Of a stretch of 64,000 nucleotides of DNA, positions 59,380 through 64,000 are shown piece by piece. Both the position numbers and the translations under genes were made by a program. Below the pieces are notes generated by a model. The model worked only from the letters and a program-made list of their open reading frames with translations. It made no database searches and was not told the DNA's origin. Positions within the stretch are counted from its first letter, which is position 1; each line of letters begins with the position of its first letter. This DNA is from Promethearchaeota archaeon (GTDB lineage: Archaea; Asgardarchaeota; Lokiarchaeia; Sigyniarchaeales; SOKP01): contig JBHLPW010000006.1 in the NCBI GenBank assembly GCA_048939015.1, forward strand, positions 1 through 64,000, read 5' to 3'.

Positions 59380-60003
59380 TCAAATTTTTAATTCCTCTAT
59401 TCCTAATACTGCAATATATTCAACTACTTTATCATCAACGTTAACTATTGGTTCATAACTTATATTTAGATCTTCATTTTCATCCCTTCCCACAATTAAA
59501 CAATCATAGAAAACAGGATTACCATTATCATCAATTACAACTCTGTCAGCAACAATGATACCATTTCTTATCATCGAGATTGGATTTTTGAGTATTTCTC
59601 CTTTAAAAAAATCTAAATGATTAACACCATATTTGGGATCATTCACTATAAGCGCAGCAGTGTGTAGTAAGTTTATAGTAAATGGAAAATCATTTGAGAA
59701 TTGCCCCTGATCATATTGTTCCATCGTGTCTTCTGGTATTAAAACTGAATATTCCAACGGAATTTCGTCTAAATCCCATTTAAAATCAACTTTTCTTGAA
59801 AATGCATTTAATTTTTTTCCTTTCTCTTCAAACCCAGTAATTAGGCCTTCAGATATACTAATTCCTTCAGAATCTGAAATTTCAATATTATCTGAAAAGA
59901 TGATTTTATCTTGATATTTAGATATAATCGATCCTTTAAACTTTCCATTAATTTTAACTTCTTTTAAAGAATCAAATAATACTAAACTGTCTACATCATT
60001 CAT
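59380..60003 (-). CDS. Hypothetical protein
   Basis: 207-aa acidic ORF, probably co-transcribed with the ATPase. Confidence 0.7.
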   Translation of the reverse strand: MNDVDSLVLFDSLKEVKINGKFKGSIISKYQDKIIFSDNIEISDSEGISISEGLITGFEEKGKKLNAFSRKVDFKWDLDEIPLEYSVLIPEDTMEQYDQGQFSNDFPFTINLLHTAALIVNDPKYGVNHLDFFKGEILKNPISMIRNGIIVADRVVIDDNGNPVFYDCLIVGRDENEDLNISYEPIVNVDDKVVEYIAVLGIEELKI

Positions 60004-60138
60004 GGTAACTAAATTTTCATCAATATTTTAGAGTCTTCCTTTCCGTGTATTTCAAGGTAATATCATTAATATTATATATATAATCTTTCCATATAATTTT
60101 AGATACAGTATAATACTTGCATCAGTATATTTAGCAAA

Positions 60139-61383
60139 ATGGGTTCTTCCATCCTTTCTCCACAAATTTCAGAACTTTCAAGATTAGATTTATTAAATAG
60201 ATCAAGTCAGTTCATTTTTTCAACTGGTCTAAATGATGGAACATCAAAATTATGCCAAGCAAACATGAAGTATGGTCTAGCTATGTTCCATCTTATTCAA
60301 GAAAAGTATGGATTTGAACCTAAAGCAACTTTTATTTCTTCTCCTGATGAAACTATCTCGAGAAATAAGTTTAGATGGAATTCTGGTTTGGGATATGGAG
60401 GAAGATTGAATTGGGGTGATGGGAAAGAAAAATTGGTCTTTCTAAATACTAAACCTAATTGTTGTGGAATTTTAGTCGGTGGTTTAGAAGAATTACCTGA
60501 TCCTTATGACCTGATAAAAAAAATTGACACTATTAAATCAAAAGAACTTTATCATGATGAAGTCTTAATTGATTGGGATTATGGAATCTCTAATCATTTT
60601 ATTAATTGCTTTGAATTAAAGAATCTCTCTGATATCGAACTTCCACCTTATATTTTTCTTATTCATGGGTCAGCTCCAGAATATAGAAGTGATAAATATG
60701 GTATTGGACTGTATATTGATAAATCAGAAGCATTACAAGATGTCGCAATCGAAGAGAAATGTAAATTAGGCACACAATATATATTATTGGATTCTGATGC
60801 TAAAGATTATCTTAAATTCAGCAAAGAAGCTTTAGAGTTTTCGAGTGTAAAAAGAGAGATAATAGCTAAGAATCTTTTCGATTATGGATATGAAATTATA
60901 TGTAATCAACCTCATCAGTTTTTAAAAGATTTTAATAATATGTATCTAGGAAGTAACTGTACTGACCTTAAATGTGATTTAATTACTTCAGAAATATTTC
61001 CTACCACTCTTAGAGCAGATATTGCAGCATATCTATTCAGAGGTAAAACTAATTTTTCTGAGACAACTCTTAGAAATCAAAAACTTTTAGAAAGAGCAGA
61101 AAACCTAGAGTTATTAGAATTATTAAAGAATGCTTGTATTCTTCCACATGGAGGAGGATATGAGTTTACAGACGTTGAAGACGTTTTAGATATATTAGAA
61201 TATAAGAATCAAAGATATTTTGTTACTTCGTTGAAGACTAATATCAGTAGATTAAAAATAGTAAGAAACGTGAGTGAGTTACAATTTGGTTACCGAGGCC
61301 GTGATATCATCCTTAAAACTATTCAATTGGATCTTGGAGATATTATAGCTCGCTTAAATCCATTGTTTTCCTTGAAACTTTAA
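60139..61383 (+). CDS. Divergent RtcB-like (RNA ligase fold) protein
   Basis: Collinear RtcB motifs: SPD, GYGG, NCCG, SNHF, IHGS, PHQ, PHGGG, C-terminal RLNPLFSLK. Confidence 0.7.
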   Translation: MGSSILSPQISELSRLDLLNRSSQFIFSTGLNDGTSKLCQANMKYGLAMFHLIQEKYGFEPKATFISSPDETISRNKFRWNSGLGYGGRLNWGDGKEKLVFLNTKPNCCGILVGGLEELPDPYDLIKKIDTIKSKELYHDEVLIDWDYGISNHFINCFELKNLSDIELPPYIFLIHGSAPEYRSDKYGIGLYIDKSEALQDVAIEEKCKLGTQYILLDSDAKDYLKFSKEALEFSSVKREIIAKNLFDYGYEIICNQPHQFLKDFNNMYLGSNCTDLKCDLITSEIFPTTLRADIAAYLFRGKTNFSETTLRNQKLLERAENLELLELLKNACILPHGGGYEFTDVEDVLDILEYKNQRYFVTSLKTNISRLKIVRNVSELQFGYRGRDIILKTIQLDLGDIIARLNPLFSLKL

Positions 61384-61384
61384 T

Positions 61385-63448
61385 TCATTCTATTCTTGCT
61401 CCTAAAGGAAGATCTTTATCAGGTACTAAAACAGATACATTATCACCCTCAACAGCAGCAAGAAGCATACCTTCACTTAATATTCCTCTCAATTTACGAG
61501 GTTCTAAATTCGTTAAAACTATGATTTTTTTTCCTTTTAGATCTTCTGCTTTATAATACTCTGCTAATCCAGCAACCAAAGTTCTTTTTTCAGATCCCAA
61601 ATCAATTAAAAGCTTATAAAGTTTATTTGCTTTAGGAACTTTTTCTACTTTTTCAACTAAAGCTACTCGAATATCTAATTTTTTAAATTCGTCATAAGAT
61701 ACCAAATCTTTCTCACCTTCTTTTTTAGTTCCTTCTTTTATTTTTTTATAATTTTCTTTAATTTCATCAATATCTAATTTTTGAAATAGAGGTTCCGGTT
61801 TCTTAATTGCTTGTCCTGCTTTCAAAGAATTTTCATTAATACTATCCCATGCTAATTCTGATAATTTTGGACAACTTAAATATGATAAAATCTTTTCTGA
61901 GGTTTCTGGGATGAATGGACTTAGTAATATTGCCAAGGCATATGATGCTTGAGCACACAAATTAAAAACATATCCTGCCGCAGCTTTATTTTTCTTAATC
62001 AAGTGCCATGGTGCTTTTTCATTTAAATAAACATTACCATCCCTTCCAAAATTCACAATTTCTCTCAATGCTTTTCTAATTTCAAATCTTTGCAATAAAT
62101 CTCCTACTATCACAGAAATAGAGTTTATTTTTAATACAAAAGCTTTATCTACTTCATCTGGCTCAACCTTTCCAGGTATTTTATTATTAAATTGCCTATT
62201 GATAAAAGTCATAGAGCGATGAATAAAATTACCAATTACATCATTTAACATCTTATTAGTATTCTCAAATTCAGACCATAAGAATGATGTATCACTTGTT
62301 TCAGGTCTATTATATAATAGATTAAAACGCCAATAGTCTAATGGAGCTAGCTTCAAAGCTTCATCAATCCATATCCCTATTCTTCTTGATTTTGAGAATT
62401 TTTGATTCTCATACATTAACCATTCTGTAGATGATACATTATATGGTAATACAAGTTCTTGACCCTTTTCCTTGTTGTCATTATAAGCTAATAATAATCC
62501 TGGAAATACAATTAAATGAAAAATAATATTATCTTTTCCAATAAAATAGACTGTTTTTGTATTAGGATCGTTCCAAAAGTATTCAAATTTGGTTGGATCA
62601 TTAATCAAATTTACAGCCCATTCCTTTACAGCCGTTATATAGCCAATTACAGCTTCAAACCACACATAAATAGTTTTATCCTCAGCGTTCTCGAATGGTG
62701 CGGGAATTCCCCACTTTAGATCTCGTGTGATTGCTCTTTCAGGTAGTCCCTCTGCAATACTATTCAAACACATTTGCCGCGCATTAACGGGTATAATTTC
62801 ATTTTGTTCAATTAACTTTTCTAATCGATCTTGCAATTTCGGAAGATCTAAATACCAGTGTTTGGTTTTTTTAACGGTAGGAGTATGTCCACACACCGCA
62901 CATTTAGGGTTAATTAGTTCTAAAGGAGTTAGTAATTTCTGACATTTATCACATTGATCTCCTCTTGCATCTTCAAAATTGCAATGCGGGCATGTTCCTT
63001 CCACAAACCTATCAGGAAGAAATAAATTATCCTTTTTACAATAAAGTGACTCAATCTCTTTTTCTAAGATATACCCATTTTTCTGTATATCTAAATACAT
63101 TTTCTGTACAAATTCAATATGGGTAGGATTATGAGTTATCGTATAGTTGTCAAAAGAAATTTGCCATTTCTCATGCAAATCTTTGATAATCTTATGATAT
63201 TTAAAGGCTAAATCTTCAGCAGAAACTTGTAATTTTTTAGCTTCTATAGATACTGGGGTTCCATGAGAGTCAGAACCTGAGACAAACACTACTTCTTCTC
63301 CTTTCATTCTCAAGAATCTTGCGAATACATCTGCTGAAAGTGTACTGCCAATTAAATTACCTAAATGTGGAGTAGCATTCACATAGGGCCACGCTGAAGT
63401 TACAACCCATTTATTTCTTTTTTGAGTATCTAATTTAATCAACCTCAT
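61385..63448 (-). CDS. metG: Methionyl-tRNA synthetase with C-terminal tRNA-binding domain
   Basis: AWPYVNATPHLGN, double zinc knuckle, ITRD..WGI, YVWFEA, KFSKS, OB-fold NLEPRKLRGILSEGM. Confidence 0.97.
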   Translation of the reverse strand: MRLIKLDTQKRNKWVVTSAWPYVNATPHLGNLIGSTLSADVFARFLRMKGEEVVFVSGSDSHGTPVSIEAKKLQVSAEDLAFKYHKIIKDLHEKWQISFDNYTITHNPTHIEFVQKMYLDIQKNGYILEKEIESLYCKKDNLFLPDRFVEGTCPHCNFEDARGDQCDKCQKLLTPLELINPKCAVCGHTPTVKKTKHWYLDLPKLQDRLEKLIEQNEIIPVNARQMCLNSIAEGLPERAITRDLKWGIPAPFENAEDKTIYVWFEAVIGYITAVKEWAVNLINDPTKFEYFWNDPNTKTVYFIGKDNIIFHLIVFPGLLLAYNDNKEKGQELVLPYNVSSTEWLMYENQKFSKSRRIGIWIDEALKLAPLDYWRFNLLYNRPETSDTSFLWSEFENTNKMLNDVIGNFIHRSMTFINRQFNNKIPGKVEPDEVDKAFVLKINSISVIVGDLLQRFEIRKALREIVNFGRDGNVYLNEKAPWHLIKKNKAAAGYVFNLCAQASYALAILLSPFIPETSEKILSYLSCPKLSELAWDSINENSLKAGQAIKKPEPLFQKLDIDEIKENYKKIKEGTKKEGEKDLVSYDEFKKLDIRVALVEKVEKVPKANKLYKLLIDLGSEKRTLVAGLAEYYKAEDLKGKKIIVLTNLEPRKLRGILSEGMLLAAVEGDNVSVLVPDKDLPLGARIE

Positions 63449-63516
63449 AAATTGAATTTAATAATAAAAAGAATGCCATGCTTAAATAATTTAAACATCT
63501 ATGATTAAATAATTGG

Positions 63517-64000
63517 TTATTTTAAGATAATTTTTGCTCCGCAATATCTACATGCTTTAATTTCCTTATACATCTTTTGAAAACATGGTTCGTGATAATA
63601 AGATTTACAATTTTCACATTGATATACTTTAAAATCTCCTAAAAAGATATTATGGCAATAAGAACAAGATGCATCGATTTCATCAATCTTTTCATCTGGG
63701 ATTAGTGAGAATTCTGTCTCAAAGATTTCATCTTCTTCTATGATCTTTATCTCTGATAGTTCCTCTGTTTTTTCCTTAACAAGCTTTAATGCAGCTCTAG
63801 GAAGCTCTAAAAGGAAGAAACAAAAAGGGCATCGAAATACATTTTCTTTATATTCCGTCTTTTTAGCCCACATTGCAGCACATGATAAATGCATTGCTCT
63901 ATCACAACTAGGACAGTAACGTCCCTCACTGAAAAAATCAGCTCCAGTAACTACAGCTTTAATAGAATGACATATCTGACATTTTTGTTGCCCTCTACTG
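63517..64000 (-). CDS. Tandem C4HC3 RING/PHD-finger protein, 5'-truncated by the window edge
   Basis: Frame open to the window end: CQICH..YCPSCDRAMHLSC..W..CPFC then CSYC..CENCKSYYHEPC..CRYC. Confidence 0.8.
   Translation of the reverse strand, partial: SRGQQKCQICHSIKAVVTGADFFSEGRYCPSCDRAMHLSCAAMWAKKTEYKENVFRCPFCFFLLELPRAALKLVKEKTEELSEIKIIEEDEIFETEFSLIPDEKIDEIDASCSYCHNIFLGDFKVYQCENCKSYYHEPCFQKMYKEIKACRYCGAKIILK

Noticed and set aside
1339-62942. Many short antisense or overlapping ORFs in the track (e.g. 1339-1581, 20947-21366, 44208-44540, 46664-46963)
   Set aside because: They are shadows of well-supported genes on the opposite strand or in another frame, with no motifs

Overview
AT-rich archaeal chromosome segment, most likely Asgard archaea (Lokiarchaeia). 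Support: C4HC3 RING-type zinc-finger proteins, a Loki-CTERM-like sorting tail, a set of NosD/CASH beta-helix surface proteins and an archaeal-type MetRS. No rRNA, tRNA, CRISPR array, transposase or integrase was recognised. The main feature is a ~10.6 kb locus (43416-54066): a divergent Lrp regulator, then tusA-dsrE-dsrF-dsrH-dsrE2-hdrC-hdrB-hdrA-mvhD-[mvhG fused to a vestigial Ni-free hydrogenase large subunit]-[FrhB with an inserted GltD/NfnB module and C-terminal wHTH]-tusA. It looks like a methanogen-type electron-bifurcating heterodisulfide reductase that has lost H2 input, gained an NAD(P)H/F420 input module and is coupled to a persulfide relay. Other items: a 250-bp, synonymous-only duplication of the lrp 3' end flanking a surface-protein gene (an integration scar); a divergent RtcB-like protein; two paralogous kinase + RHH-REC regulator pairs; a nonsense-interrupted hydrolase; an unlisted 41-aa zinc-finger ORF; and candidate ATT start codons. 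All family calls come from motif recognition by eye, with no database searches.
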